64,000 nucleotides of DNA from Candidatus Omnitrophota bacterium (GCA_003140935.1 PLLJ01000021.1:4555-68554), one strand, 5' to 3'. Shown: positions 15,593 through 26,461, counted from the first letter of the stretch. A program made the numbers and translations. Notes: generated by a model from the sequence alone, not told the origin.

Positions 15593-16717
15593 TTAGATCT
15601 CTAACGATCTCGGGAATTTCGTAAGGTTCTTGCAGCCTTTTTTTGTCACGACGACCACGTCCTCCAGGCGCACACCGCCCGCGCCTTTGTAATAAAGACC
15701 CGGTTCCACGGTTACGGTCTGACCTGCCTTCAGGACGTCCTGGCCCATGCTGATGCGCGGCGGCTCGTGCAGTTCCAGGCCAAGACCGTGGCCGGTGCTA
15801 TGGAAAAATCCCTGCATACGACCGTCTTTAAGGCCGGTCTTAAATCCGAGCCGTGTGAATCTGTCCTGAATAGCTTCGTGGATCTTTTTGACGGCAATTC
15901 CATGCCGGATCATCTTGAAAGCAATATCCTGGCCTTCTTTGACTGCCGCGTACATTTCCTTAAGCCTTGGCGACGCCTTGCCGCGCACCACGGTGCGCGT
16001 GAAATCCGCGTAATAAAGCGTTTTTTCACTGCGGGGGAAAATATCCATAATGACCGGCTGATAAGCGTAAATGGGACCGGATCCTTGATCATGCGGGTCG
16101 ATCGAATGATGGCCGCAGGAAACGATCGTGTGTTCGGCGGAGCAGCCTTCCGTCAGAAGCGTTTGGTGGATGGCCGTCCGGAGCATTTCGCTCGTGAGGA
16201 CCTTTCCCGAGAAATAAAGTTTGTTCTTCCGGATCACGGATCTCTTCAGGATCTGGACGGCCTTTCCGGCGGCCTTTTCTGTAGCGCGTAACGCCTGGGT
16301 GATCGCCGTGATCTCGGTCCGGTCCTTTATCAGGCGCTCTCCAAAGAAGACTCCGCTTCGATATCGAATACGGAGGCCGGCGTGCTTCAAAGGCTCGTAA
16401 TGGTGGACTGGAAAATTTCCGGGGACAAGGACGCTTTTAACTTTTTTCTTCCTCAGGAAATAAAGAACAAGCTCCGTGAAGGAACATATCTTTTTGTGCT
16501 TCTGTTTATATTCCGAGACGAGACGGGAAATCGAAAGGACTTCGTGGACACGGGCCTGTTTTTTGGCCCTGTCGAGCTCAAGATCGCTTACTAGGATATA
16601 TTTTTTCCCCCGGATCTGGGCGAAAATGAACGGATCCGGTGCAATGAACCGGGTCGCATAATAAAGATCCGCATTTTTTTCACTCGAAGCGATGATCAAT
16701 AAAGCTTGGTTCGACAT
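15593..16717 (-). CDS. Xaa-Pro aminopeptidase (M24B)
   Basis: HSTGHGLGLELHE, TVEPGLY, GVRLED. Confidence 0.92.
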   Translation of the reverse strand: MSNQALLIIASSEKNADLYYATRFIAPDPFIFAQIRGKKYILVSDLELDRAKKQARVHEVLSISRLVSEYKQKHKKICSFTELVLYFLRKKKVKSVLVPGNFPVHHYEPLKHAGLRIRYRSGVFFGERLIKDRTEITAITQALRATEKAAGKAVQILKRSVIRKNKLYFSGKVLTSEMLRTAIHQTLLTEGCSAEHTIVSCGHHSIDPHDQGSGPIYAYQPVIMDIFPRSEKTLYYADFTRTVVRGKASPRLKEMYAAVKEGQDIAFKMIRHGIAVKKIHEAIQDRFTRLGFKTGLKDGRMQGFFHSTGHGLGLELHEPPRISMGQDVLKAGQTVTVEPGLYYKGAGGVRLEDVVVVTKKGCKNLTKFPRSLEI

Positions 16718-16760
16718 GCGGTAAGAATATCATGAGTGTTGGGAGGGTGCAATGGACACA

Positions 16761-16846
16761 AAAAGTAGGAAGAAGGAGGGTGGATGGCCGATGGCGAAAA
16801 ATCTGTCTAATCCCAGCATCCATCCGCCCTCCTTCTTCCTATTTTT
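16761..16846. repeat. 27-bp inverted repeat with heptamer periodicity between divergent genes
   Basis: AAAAGTAGGAAGAAGGAGGGTGGATGG / CCATCCGCCCTCCTTCTTCCTATTTTT, two G:U-type mismatches. Confidence 0.85.
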
Positions 16847-16860
16847 TTAAGTTTTATTCA

Positions 16861-16889
16861 TTGACGGCATTCGGGAAAGCCGCTAGACT
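16861..16889 (+). promoter_or_regulatory. sigma70-like promoter of the transketolase operon
   Basis: TTGACG-N17-TAGACT. Confidence 0.55.
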
Positions 16890-16941
16890 TCGCTGTCTTT
16901 TTCCTCTATACAAATGACAAAATACAGGCATTCATCATTTA

Positions 16942-17760
16942 ATGGAAAAGCTTTCCGTAGAACAACTTAAGGCGAGAGCAAAATTAGTTCGCCGCCACAT
17001 CATTGAGATGACAGGGGCCGCAGCTTCGGGGCATCCTGGCGGCTCTCTCTCCGTCACCGAAATACTGGTGGCTCTCTATTCCAACCTCATGGAGCACAAT
17101 CCCCAAGACCCGCAATGGCCGGACCGTGACCGGTTGATCCTCAGCAAAGGGCACGCTTCGCCCGCTCTTTATGCTGCCCTTGCTGAAACCGGGTATTTTA
17201 GTCCCAAAACCCTTAAGGATTTTCGTAAGCTCGGCAGCCCGCTCCAAGGGCATCCGGACCGGCGAAAACTTCCCGGAGTAGAAGCTTCCACGGGATCGCT
17301 CGGACAAGGTCTTTCGATGGGGATCGGCATGGCGCTTGCGCGGCGTCTGGATAAAAAAAGCTATTACACCTATGTGATCACAAGTGACGGAGAAATGAAC
17401 GAAGGCCAGACCTGGGAAGCGGCCGCGATGGCTGCGCATCATAAGGTCGATCATTTGATTGCATTTTTGGATTACAACAAATTCCAGCTCGACGATTCCA
17501 CAAAAAATATCTGCGACATGGAACCTGTCGTTGAGAAGTGGAAGGCTTTCCGCTGGCATACGTTTGAGATCGACGGACACGATGTGAAACAGATCCTTAA
17601 CGCTGTAAAAAAGGCCAAAAAAGTCCAGGGCCAGCCGGTCATGATCATCGCGCACACGATCAAGGGGAAGGGCGTTTCCTTTATGGAAGGGAACAATGCT
17701 TTTCACGGGGTTGCACCGAAGCCCGAAGAAGTCGCAAAAGCCCTTAAGGAATTATCCTAA
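16942..17760 (+). CDS. Transketolase, N-terminal (TPP-binding) subunit
   Basis: SGHPGGSLS, DRLILSKGH, TGSLGQG, DGEMNEG..WEA. Confidence 0.95.
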   Translation: MEKLSVEQLKARAKLVRRHIIEMTGAAASGHPGGSLSVTEILVALYSNLMEHNPQDPQWPDRDRLILSKGHASPALYAALAETGYFSPKTLKDFRKLGSPLQGHPDRRKLPGVEASTGSLGQGLSMGIGMALARRLDKKSYYTYVITSDGEMNEGQTWEAAAMAAHHKVDHLIAFLDYNKFQLDDSTKNICDMEPVVEKWKAFRWHTFEIDGHDVKQILNAVKKAKKVQGQPVMIIAHTIKGKGVSFMEGNNAFHGVAPKPEEVAKALKELS

Positions 17761-18701
17761 TGCAAAAAATCTTAGGCAAAGCCACGCGGGATGCTTACGG
17801 GGAGACGCTTGTCGAGATCGGCAAAATGAATCCGGAGGTGGTGGTGTTGGATGCGGATCTTTCCAAATCCACGAAGTCCGCGCTCTTTTCCGAAAAATTC
17901 CCGGAGCGATTCTTCAACGTCGGGATCCAGGAAGCGAATTTAGTGGGAGTGGCCGCAGGGCTTGCCTCCTGCGGGAAGATCCCTTTTATCTCAAGTTTTG
18001 CGTCCTTTTTGGTCAGCAAGGGGTTTGATCAGTTCCGCATGGGTGTCGCGTTCTCCGAGCTCAATGTGAAAGTCGTCGGTTCCCACGGCGGTATTACGGT
18101 CGGGGAAGATGGTGCTTCGCAGATGGCGATCGAGGATGTCGCTCTGATGACGAGCCTTCCGGGTTTTGTGGTGATGGTTCCCAGCGATGAGATCTCCACG
18201 AGGGCATTGGTTTTTGAGATCGCGAAGTACCCCGGTCCTGTCTATATGCGTACCGGAAGGCCCAAAGCGCCAGTCGTTCATAAAGCGGGTACGGATTTCA
18301 AGATCGGGAAAGGGGTCCGGTTGCGTGAAGGTAAAGATCTGACGATCCTCGCCAACGGTTTGGAAGTTTTTGAAGCGCTTGAAGCGGCGGAACATCTCGC
18401 CGAGGACGGTATCAGCGCAAGTGTCATTGATATGCACACCGTGAAGCCGCTGGATACGGAGCTCCTCCTGGAAGAGGCCAAGCGGACCGGACACGTTCTC
18501 GTCGCCGAAGAACATCAGATCTGGGGCGGCCTCGGAAGCGCGGTCGCGACTTTCCTCGCAAAGCAACATCCTTGCAAGATGGGTTTTGTGGCCATTCAAG
18601 ACACCTTTGCGGAGTCCGGCAAGGCGGAGGAACTTTTGGAAAAGTACGGCCTCACTTATCCTCATATCATCAAAGCCGCGAAAAAAATCCTGGGCCGATA
18701 G
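17760..18701 (+). CDS. Transketolase, C-terminal subunit
   Basis: DADLSKST, NVGIQEAN, GEDGASQ, EEH..GGLG; start overlaps upstream stop. Confidence 0.95.
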   Translation: MQKILGKATRDAYGETLVEIGKMNPEVVVLDADLSKSTKSALFSEKFPERFFNVGIQEANLVGVAAGLASCGKIPFISSFASFLVSKGFDQFRMGVAFSELNVKVVGSHGGITVGEDGASQMAIEDVALMTSLPGFVVMVPSDEISTRALVFEIAKYPGPVYMRTGRPKAPVVHKAGTDFKIGKGVRLREGKDLTILANGLEVFEALEAAEHLAEDGISASVIDMHTVKPLDTELLLEEAKRTGHVLVAEEHQIWGGLGSAVATFLAKQHPCKMGFVAIQDTFAESGKAEELLEKYGLTYPHIIKAAKKILGR

Positions 18702-18763
18702 TTACTCACTTTCTTTTACGTTCGGGTGACAGGCATTCCTCCTCATCGGAGAATACTTTCGAA

Positions 18764-20506
18764 ATGAAAATCCTCTTGTACACGGCGTTTTTAAAGGACT
18801 TTTTTTTAAGGATTTTCTCCGTACTACGTTCTTCTTGCGCCGCATTTACGTTTCTTCTCATCATCCTTTTTTCTCCGGGACTGCAGGCTGCCACAGCTGA
18901 AAAAGCCATGGTCGTCAGTCCGGACCCCCGTGCAACACAAGCCGCTTTGGAAGTATTGAAGCAGGGTGGGAACGCGGTGGACGCGGCCATCGCTGCGCAA
19001 TGGGTGATGGGCGTGGTCGAGCCGCAAGCTTCCGGGATCGGGGGCGGCGGCCTTCTTATTTTTTATGATATTGGTACGAGGCGCATTCTTTTTTTTGATG
19101 GAAGCGTCAAGGCCCCGGCAAAAGCTTCCCCCGGGATGTTCCTTGATAAAAATAAGATCCCCCTTCCTTATCAGCCCGAACGAAACACGGGCGGACTTCC
19201 GGTCGGCGTTCCGGGACTGTTGAAGCTCATGGAAGAGATTCACGCCAAATACGGGACTCATAAATTTCCGTTTGAGAAACTGATGGAGCCGGCGATCCAG
19301 CAGGCGGAAAAAGGGACGGAAGTATCCGCGGCCCTCGCTCGGACGCTTCGAGAGAACGCCGAAAGATTAGAGCTTTTGGATCCCAAAAAGGAAGTTTTTT
19401 TCGAGAATGGCGTTCTCCTTGAAGGAGGGCAAGAATTCTCCCAACCCGAACTTGCCAAGGCCCTGCGTCTGATCCAGGCCAAAGGGGCGAAGGTTTTTTA
19501 TAAAGGCGCGATCGCAGACGCGATAGCGCGCGCCGTTCGCAAAAATGTTTACCGAGCGGGCCTGTTGAGCGAGAGGGATCTCAAAGATTATGCGATTGCG
19601 ACGCGCGATCCTGTTCATGCGACTTACCAAGGATACGACCTTTTTAGCGCAGGACCTCCGGCAGACGGGGGCGTGATGTTGTTCCGCGGGCTCAATCTCC
19701 TTTCCCATTTTGGTCTTCCAGGCTTCGGGCAGGTTCCCGAGACCTACCATCTTCTCGGAGAAGCGCAAAAGATCGCTTTTTCGAACCGTTCAGGAGTGGC
19801 GGACCCGGATCTTTTTGATATCCCGCTCGAAAAGCTTCTTTCGGAAGCGTGGGCGCAAGACCGGATGAACGCCATCCAATTTGACCAGATCTTGAAGTCG
19901 GATGAGATGACGGTGGAAGTACCGGAGAGAGGAAAGAAGCGCATCGGTTCTTCGATTATCGTTGTAGATCCGAAAGGAAATATCGTGATTCTCACGGCGA
20001 CCCTCGGGGACGCGTTCGGTTCGGCGTTGAGAGTGCCGGGCTACGGTTTTTTTCTAAACGACCTGATTACCGATTTCGCCGCAGATCCATCCACTGTTAA
20101 AGATCCGAACTCGGCGGCGATCATCTCCGGCGGACAAAGACCACGCGGACCGGAAGCACCCCTATTTATTTTCAAAGAGGGGAGTCCTTCTATTTTGTTG
20201 GATGCTTATGGGTGGGACGACCCGGCCGCCGTGCTTTTAAATGTGATGGTCCAGAAGATCGATCTTGGAGCGTCCTGTTTGGGGGCCGTAGAATCCCCGA
20301 GGCTTTTAGTCCGTGGCAGGGCCCTTCACATGGAGTCCGGACTTTATGACCAGGAGACGATTCGATTGAAGCTGGCTCTTTTAGGACATGATATCGAGAA
20401 AGAAGATCCGATCGGATTTGCGCAAATAGTTTGTTTTGACAAGGGTTCTGGTAGAATAGAAGGCGAAAGCGATCCTCGAGCGAGCGGCGAGGCCGCCGGT
20501 TTCTAA
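18764..20506 (+). CDS. Gamma-glutamyltranspeptidase-family protein with degenerate active site
   Basis: GGNAVDAAIA, VVEPQASGIGGGG, VGVPG, FGS...PGYGFFLND. Catalytic TTH reads GSS. Start uncertain (ATG 18764 chosen). Confidence 0.85.
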   Translation: MKILLYTAFLKDFFLRIFSVLRSSCAAFTFLLIILFSPGLQAATAEKAMVVSPDPRATQAALEVLKQGGNAVDAAIAAQWVMGVVEPQASGIGGGGLLIFYDIGTRRILFFDGSVKAPAKASPGMFLDKNKIPLPYQPERNTGGLPVGVPGLLKLMEEIHAKYGTHKFPFEKLMEPAIQQAEKGTEVSAALARTLRENAERLELLDPKKEVFFENGVLLEGGQEFSQPELAKALRLIQAKGAKVFYKGAIADAIARAVRKNVYRAGLLSERDLKDYAIATRDPVHATYQGYDLFSAGPPADGGVMLFRGLNLLSHFGLPGFGQVPETYHLLGEAQKIAFSNRSGVADPDLFDIPLEKLLSEAWAQDRMNAIQFDQILKSDEMTVEVPERGKKRIGSSIIVVDPKGNIVILTATLGDAFGSALRVPGYGFFLNDLITDFAADPSTVKDPNSAAIISGGQRPRGPEAPLFIFKEGSPSILLDAYGWDDPAAVLLNVMVQKIDLGASCLGAVESPRLLVRGRALHMESGLYDQETIRLKLALLGHDIEKEDPIGFAQIVCFDKGSGRIEGESDPRASGEAAGF

Positions 20507-20549
20507 TCACGTATCGAGGGGATACACAGGACTTATGGAAGGGGGAGGT

Positions 20550-21056
20550 ATGATCCTGCATAAAGGTAAATATCTTGAGCTGATCTCTGAAGATAGCTGG
20601 GAATACGTCAAACGGACCAACTGCAACGGCATCGTGGTCATTGTACCGATGACCAAGGACGGAAAGGTCATTTTGGTCGAACAGTTCAGGAGGCCCGTGG
20701 AGGCCCAGGTGATCGAATGGCCCGCGGGTCTTGTGGACGACAAGGCGTCGCACCCTTCCGAGACGCTGGAGGCGGCCGCCCGCCGCGAACTTTTGGAGGA
20801 GACGGGCTATCAGGCGGAGCATCTGTCGCTTTTGGTGGGGGGACCCGTCTCTAGCGGTTTGAGTTCCGAGATCATCACCTTCTTCCAGGCTTTAGACGTG
20901 GTCAAAAAAGGTTCGGGTGGCGGAGACGCTACGGAATCTATCAAGGTCCACGCAGTGCCGCTTAAAGAAGCGGACCTTTGGCTTTATGAGATGGAACAAA
21001 AAGGGTTTCTTGTGGACCCGAAGGTCTACGTGGGGTTGTATTTCTTAAAAACATAA
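20550..21056 (+). CDS. NUDIX hydrolase (ADP-ribose pyrophosphatase-like)
   Basis: EQFRRP, PAGLVD...AARRELLEETGY; GGAGG before ATG 20550. Confidence 0.9.
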   Translation: MILHKGKYLELISEDSWEYVKRTNCNGIVVIVPMTKDGKVILVEQFRRPVEAQVIEWPAGLVDDKASHPSETLEAAARRELLEETGYQAEHLSLLVGGPVSSGLSSEIITFFQALDVVKKGSGGGDATESIKVHAVPLKEADLWLYEMEQKGFLVDPKVYVGLYFLKT

Positions 21057-21114
21057 TTACAGGAAGGCGGATGGCGATCGGGCTCCATCCCCCATCCAGT
21101 TTTAGGAGTTTGTC

Positions 21115-21549
21115 ATGGCTGACATTACGATCTATCAAAAACCGTCTTGTACGACCTGCAAAGAAGTCTTTCAGATCCTAAAAGAAACGAATACGGATTT
21201 TGACGCGGTAGATTATTTCACTGATCCGATCCCCAAAGCGAAACTCAGGGAGCTCATTCAAAAATTAGGGCTTCCGGTCGAGGCATTGATCCGCAAAAAA
21301 GACCAGCTTTATTCGGACCTCCGGCTTGGTGAAAAACAACTTACCGAGGGCCAATGGCTGGACCTTTTGGCGATCTATCCCGATCTTCTCCAGCGCCCCA
21401 TTGTGGAAAGGGGCGACAAAGCGATCCTTGCTCGCCCCGCCAGGAAGATCCGTGAATTTTTGGCGCCCTCTGTTCCTGCGGATTCGCTTGCGTCCGGAGC
21501 AGTGCAAGACGTGCAAAGCGTAACGGAAAAACCGAACGTCGCGCACTGA
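21115..21549 (+). CDS. ArsC/Spx family protein
   Basis: IYQKPSCTTC, LLQRPIV, ARP. Confidence 0.88.
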   Translation: MADITIYQKPSCTTCKEVFQILKETNTDFDAVDYFTDPIPKAKLRELIQKLGLPVEALIRKKDQLYSDLRLGEKQLTEGQWLDLLAIYPDLLQRPIVERGDKAILARPARKIREFLAPSVPADSLASGAVQDVQSVTEKPNVAH

Positions 21550-21614
21550 GCGTTGCCTGGCGCACATTTTTCAGATAAAATGCTCTCGATTTTTTAACAA
21601 ACTAGGAGGTCCCT

Positions 21615-22301
21615 ATGGACGATCCAAAGCATCAGCCTTTCTCATATCCCCAGGAAGCGGTTTTCTCGAATTTCATGCAACGAGTGTATCAATGGATGGC
21701 CATGGGGCTCGCGCTCACGGGCCTTGCGGCTTTTATCACGATCGGCAACGCCTCGCTCCTGCGTTTTCTCTTGCAGGGCGGCATGTGGCTTCTCTTCATT
21801 GCGGAGTTGGTTTTGGTCATCTGGCTTTCCGCAAGCATCCAGAAGATCTCGGCCCAGGCAGCGACGATCGGATTTCTGGCTTATTCAGTCCTGAACGGCA
21901 TCACGCTGTCGAGCATCTTTCTCGTCTATACGGCCGCCTCGATCTCCTCAACTTTTTTTATCACGGCCATGACGTTCGCGGGCGTGAGTCTGTACGGCTG
22001 GGCGACCAAACAGGATCTGACCTCAGTCGGAAGTTTTTGCGGGATGGCCCTTTGGGGTGTGATTATTGCCAGCATTGTGAATATATTCTTTCATGCGCCG
22101 GCCTTTAACTGGATCGTTTCCTATTGCGGCGTCGCGGTCTTTATCGGTCTGACAGCTTACGATACGCAGAGGCTCAAAGCGATCCACCAAAACATGGGGG
22201 GAGCGTCGGAACAACTGGCGATCTTCGGGGCGCTGATGCTTTATCTGGACTTCATCAATATGTTTCTGTTCCTTCTGCGTATTTTCGGTCGCAGGCGGTA
22301 A
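21615..22301 (+). CDS. Bax inhibitor-1/YccA family membrane protein
   Basis: Seven TM segments; AYDTQ, LYLDFINMFL. Confidence 0.92.
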   Translation: MDDPKHQPFSYPQEAVFSNFMQRVYQWMAMGLALTGLAAFITIGNASLLRFLLQGGMWLLFIAELVLVIWLSASIQKISAQAATIGFLAYSVLNGITLSSIFLVYTAASISSTFFITAMTFAGVSLYGWATKQDLTSVGSFCGMALWGVIIASIVNIFFHAPAFNWIVSYCGVAVFIGLTAYDTQRLKAIHQNMGGASEQLAIFGALMLYLDFINMFLFLLRIFGRRR

Positions 22302-22382
22302 TTTGAAAAAATTCTGACCGGATCCTATGCTTTTTCAATTGTCACGCGGTACTCCGTACAGCGTACGGCGTACGGAGAAAAA

Positions 22383-23135
22383 ATGATCGACGTTCAATCT
22401 CTCACGATGCGTTATGGCCCGGCGATCGCGCTGGAAGATGTTTCCTTCCAGGCGAACCCGGGCGAGGTCCTGGGGCTTCTTGGGCCCAACGGGGCGGGAA
22501 AGACGACCGCCATGAGGATCCTCACGACCTACCTTTATCCTTCCTCCGGCACCGCGAAAGTAAACGGGTTCGATATTCTTGAAGATCCCATGGAAGTTCG
22601 CAAGCACATCGGCTACTTGCCCGAAACCATTCCGCTTTATGGCGATATGCGGGTCGATGAATATTTGATGTTTGTGGGTAAGGCGCGCGAGCTCGAAGGA
22701 TCCCAACTCACGGAAAGGCTCACATGGGTTCAAAATACCTGCCAGCTCAAGCCTGTGTGGAAGCATCTTTTATGTGAACTTTCCAAGGGGTACGGCCAGA
22801 GGGTGGGGCTTGCGCAGGCTCTGATCCATGATCCCAAAGTCCTGATCCTGGATGAACCCACTTCGGGGTTGGACCCGATCCAGATCATCGCGATCCGTTC
22901 ACTCGTGAAAAGCCTCGCCAAGGAAAAAACCATCGTTTTTTCCACACATATCCTGCAGGAAGTCGAAGCCCTTGCCGATCGCATCGTGATCATCAATGAA
23001 GGAAAGCTTGTGGCGCAGGGCACGAAACAAGAATTGGCGGAGAAAGTCCAAGTTCCAGGGAAAACGGCGCGGGATCTGAGCCTGGAAGAAATCTTTATCC
23101 AGTTGCTTGCGCCTTCGCAGGGAGCGAGTGTATGA
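22383..23135 (+). CDS. ABC transporter ATPase (GldA-like)
   Basis: GPNGAGKT, LSKGY.QR, ILDEPTSGLDP, STH. Confidence 0.92.
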   Translation: MIDVQSLTMRYGPAIALEDVSFQANPGEVLGLLGPNGAGKTTAMRILTTYLYPSSGTAKVNGFDILEDPMEVRKHIGYLPETIPLYGDMRVDEYLMFVGKARELEGSQLTERLTWVQNTCQLKPVWKHLLCELSKGYGQRVGLAQALIHDPKVLILDEPTSGLDPIQIIAIRSLVKSLAKEKTIVFSTHILQEVEALADRIVIINEGKLVAQGTKQELAEKVQVPGKTARDLSLEEIFIQLLAPSQGASV

Positions 23136-25636
23136 GAAAACGCTCCAAACTTCTCGTGATCTTAAACAGGGAACTCGCGGCCTATTTTAATTCTCCCATC
23201 GCTTATATCTTCATGATCATCTTCACGCTCCTGAACGGCGGGCTTTTCATGACGCAATTTTTTCTCGTCGGGCGTGCGGATATGCGGGCCTTCTTCTACG
23301 CGCTCCCGTTCCTCCTCTCGGTCTTTTTGCCGGCGGTTTCCATGCGTCTTTGGGCCGAAGAAAAACGCGGGAACACGCAGGAATTGCTTTTGACCTTTCC
23401 CATCCAATCTCATGAGCTCGTACTAGGGAAATTCTTTGCAAGTTTCCTTTTCTACCTTATTGCGCTTGCCTGCACATTTCCGATCCCGGTGATGCTGGCT
23501 GTGCTCGGCCGGCCGGATATCGGCGTGATCCTGAGCGGTTATATCGGCGCGGCATTCTTGGGCGGCTTTTTTCTCGCGATCGGAACGCTTGTGTCGGGTT
23601 TTTACCGGGACCAGATCGTCGCGTTCATCCTTTCCATGATGATCTGCTTCGGGCTTTATCTTATAGGCACGGAATTCGTGGCCTCTTCCATCGACGGGTG
23701 GGTCGGGGGACTCGGGACCTTCCTCCGGCATTTTCTCGGCGCCGTGGACCATTACATTACGTTCGCAAAAGGAGTGATCGACAACCGAGACGTGCTTTAT
23801 TTCGTGCTCGGCAGTGCGGTGGCGCTTGTGCTGAACGGGTTTTGGATCGAAGGACGGATGCGGCCCAAGGCAGTCTCGATCTTCACGACAGTGGCGCTGA
23901 TCTCAGCCGGGATCTTCCTTCTGAGCAATTGGCTTGTCGCGGGGGTCCCCCTCGGTCGCTTCGATATGAGCGAAGGCCAAACCTATACGATCTCTCCGGC
24001 GACCCGGAAGATCCTGAGAAGCCTCCCATCGCCTGTCACCGTCAAATTCTACATTTCTAGTCAGGACAAAATGCCGACCGCCATGAAAACGCTTGAGCAG
24101 GATGCGCGTGACAAGTTGGAAGAATTGCGCGCCGTGTCCGAAGGTCATTTTCAGTATCAGGTCTTTCACATGGACGCTGCGACCGCGGTCGAGGGAGCGA
24201 AAAAAGAGGATACATTGGAGGAGCGGCTTTCCAAAAAGGGCATCCAACCTTTCCGCGTCGAGTCCATCCAATCCGATGAAGTCGGGGTCCGTCTTGTTTA
24301 TTCCGGAGTGGTGATCTCCTACAAGGAAAAACCCGAGGAAGTCCTGCCGCAGATCCATCCCGGAAATCTCGACGACCTGGAGTACGCCATTATTTCCAAG
24401 CTTTACCGCATGACCCTCCCCGAAATCCCGAAGATCGCGCTCATGGCGCCTTATAAAGAGCGCACGGTCGATCCCAACCTTATGATGTTGCTCCAGCAGC
24501 TCGGGGGACAGGTTCCGTCGAGCTACCGGGACGATCCTTACGAATATCTTCAGTTCGGTCTTGAATCCGAAGGTTATCCGGTCAAACGCATTTCATTGAA
24601 TGAAAAATTCAAAATTCCGGAAGGAACAAAAATGCTCGCGGTGGTCCAGCCGGACCAATTGAGCGAATGGCAGAAATATGAGATCAATCGCTTCCTTTGC
24701 CAAGGGGGTTCCGTTTTTATGGCGGTGCAGAATTACGAGTACAATTATAAACCCCAGGAATTGGGTTCCGTCGAGCTCGTTCCGAGCGAGAAAAACCCGG
24801 CCGTGAACGATCTGCTCTCGGCCTGGGGGTTCCAGGTCGACACCCGTATCCTGGCGGACGAACAAAACGAGGCCATCACTGTTTCGGGGGGCGGGCGCGC
24901 CGGACTTATGGGAGTCGCCTTTCCGGTCAAATTGCCGGTCCAGGTCCTTTTGACGGATTCCGAGATGAACACGCAGACTTCGATCACGGCGCGTCTCTCG
25001 GCTTTCTTTTATCTCTGGGGCAGCGCGATCACGATCGATGAGAAAAAAATCCAAGCCCAAGGGCTCAAGGTGCAGACTTTGCTTCACTCCAGCAAACATT
25101 CCTGGACTGTGCCGTTCAAACCGGGGACACTGATGCTCCAGGCGCTGGAGCGCAGCGCACAGAGCATTTCGGGGCCGTTCCCGTTGGCAGTATTGGCCGA
25201 AGGGCAATTTGCGGACGCATTTAAAAATAAGAAAGTTCCGGAATGGACCCCGACAACTGTCGGCGCGGAAGCCCCCAAGCCACCGGAAGAAGTAAAAAAA
25301 GAAAACGCCCCTCAAATTTTCCAGCCGAAACCGGGGAAGCTCTTGCTGATCGGAGCGGCGATTCCTTTCCAAAAGCAACTCATGCAAAACAGCGGGCATC
25401 TGAACTTCTTTCTGAACGCCACGGATGTCTTAACGCTGGGAGATGCCTTGATCGGTATCCGCTCGAAAGGTCAGGTCGATCGCGCGCTTCCCAAGGTTAC
25501 GGCCTCGGCAAAAATGGTATGGCGGCTCTTTGTTATGTTCCTGGTGCCGGCCCTTATCGCCTTTGCGGGTTTTGGACGGGCGTACATGCGCCGCCGGACC
25601 AAACAACTCTATCTGAAAAACCTGACCGTTTCTTAA
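23132..25636 (+). CDS. ABC-2 permease fused to GldG-like periplasmic domain (GldF-GldG fusion)
   Basis: REL..YFNSP.AY, MRLWAEE..GT.ELL.T, RFDMS...YTIS..T..IL, LEY; terminal TM helix. Confidence 0.85.
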   Translation: MRKRSKLLVILNRELAAYFNSPIAYIFMIIFTLLNGGLFMTQFFLVGRADMRAFFYALPFLLSVFLPAVSMRLWAEEKRGNTQELLLTFPIQSHELVLGKFFASFLFYLIALACTFPIPVMLAVLGRPDIGVILSGYIGAAFLGGFFLAIGTLVSGFYRDQIVAFILSMMICFGLYLIGTEFVASSIDGWVGGLGTFLRHFLGAVDHYITFAKGVIDNRDVLYFVLGSAVALVLNGFWIEGRMRPKAVSIFTTVALISAGIFLLSNWLVAGVPLGRFDMSEGQTYTISPATRKILRSLPSPVTVKFYISSQDKMPTAMKTLEQDARDKLEELRAVSEGHFQYQVFHMDAATAVEGAKKEDTLEERLSKKGIQPFRVESIQSDEVGVRLVYSGVVISYKEKPEEVLPQIHPGNLDDLEYAIISKLYRMTLPEIPKIALMAPYKERTVDPNLMMLLQQLGGQVPSSYRDDPYEYLQFGLESEGYPVKRISLNEKFKIPEGTKMLAVVQPDQLSEWQKYEINRFLCQGGSVFMAVQNYEYNYKPQELGSVELVPSEKNPAVNDLLSAWGFQVDTRILADEQNEAITVSGGGRAGLMGVAFPVKLPVQVLLTDSEMNTQTSITARLSAFFYLWGSAITIDEKKIQAQGLKVQTLLHSSKHSWTVPFKPGTLMLQALERSAQSISGPFPLAVLAEGQFADAFKNKKVPEWTPTTVGAEAPKPPEEVKKENAPQIFQPKPGKLLLIGAAIPFQKQLMQNSGHLNFFLNATDVLTLGDALIGIRSKGQVDRALPKVTASAKMVWRLFVMFLVPALIAFAGFGRAYMRRRTKQLYLKNLTVS

Positions 25637-25666
25637 GATCATTTAGCAAAGCCCGGTTTCAATCCT

Positions 25667-26461
25667 ATGAAACAATATCTGGATCTCTTAAAACATATTC
25701 TCGATCATGGCGCCGAGAAGAAGGATCGCACCGGCACCGGGACGATCAGCGCGTTCGGCTATCAAATGCGTTTTGATCTGGCCCGGGGGTTCCCGCTCCT
25801 CACCACCAAAAAGATCTATACCAAGGCCGTGATCTACGAGCTCCTTTGGCTGCTCCGTGGCGATACGAATATCAAATTTCTAAAAGACAACGGTGTGACG
25901 ATCTGGGATGAGTGGGCGGACGCCCATGGGGAACTCGGGCCTGTCTATGGCGCTCAATGGCGCGCGTGGAAGCGCCCGGACGGCACCACAGTGGATCAGA
26001 TCACGCAAGCGGTGGAGATGATCAAAAAAACCCCGGATAGCCGGCGGATTATCGTGAGCGCCTGGAATGCCGGAGAGATCGAAAAGATGCGGTTGCCGCC
26101 CTGCCACGCTTTTTTCCAGTTCTATGTATTGAACGGGAAGCTTTCCTGCCAGCTTTATCAGCGCAGTGCCGACGTTTTCCTTGGCGTGCCGTTCAATATC
26201 GCCTCGTATGCGCTTTTGACCCTGATGGTGGCACAGGTCACGGGCCTTCAGCCCGGCGAGTTCGTCCACACCTTCGGAGACGTCCATATTTATTCGAATC
26301 ACATGGAACAGGTGAAACTTCAGCTTTCACGCGAACCGCGTCCTTTGCCGGACATGGTCCTGAACCCTGACATTCAAAGTATTTTTGATTTTAATTACAA
26401 AGATTTTTCGCTCCAACATTACGACCCGCATCCGGCGATCAAAGCGCCGGTTGCCGTTTAA
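25667..26461 (+). CDS. thyA: Thymidylate synthase
   Basis: [32 protein letters not shown]. Confidence 0.97.
   Translation: MKQYLDLLKHILDHGAEKKDRTGTGTISAFGYQMRFDLARGFPLLTTKKIYTKAVIYELLWLLRGDTNIKFLKDNGVTIWDEWADAHGELGPVYGAQWRAWKRPDGTTVDQITQAVEMIKKTPDSRRIIVSAWNAGEIEKMRLPPCHAFFQFYVLNGKLSCQLYQRSADVFLGVPFNIASYALLTLMVAQVTGLQPGEFVHTFGDVHIYSNHMEQVKLQLSREPRPLPDMVLNPDIQSIFDFNYKDFSLQHYDPHPAIKAPVAV

Noticed and set aside
18572-18763. Longer ORF-track starts for GGT (also 47610, 30628, 35742, 28850)
   Set aside because: Extensions overlap neighbouring genes or lack family-like sequence; downstream ATGs fit better.
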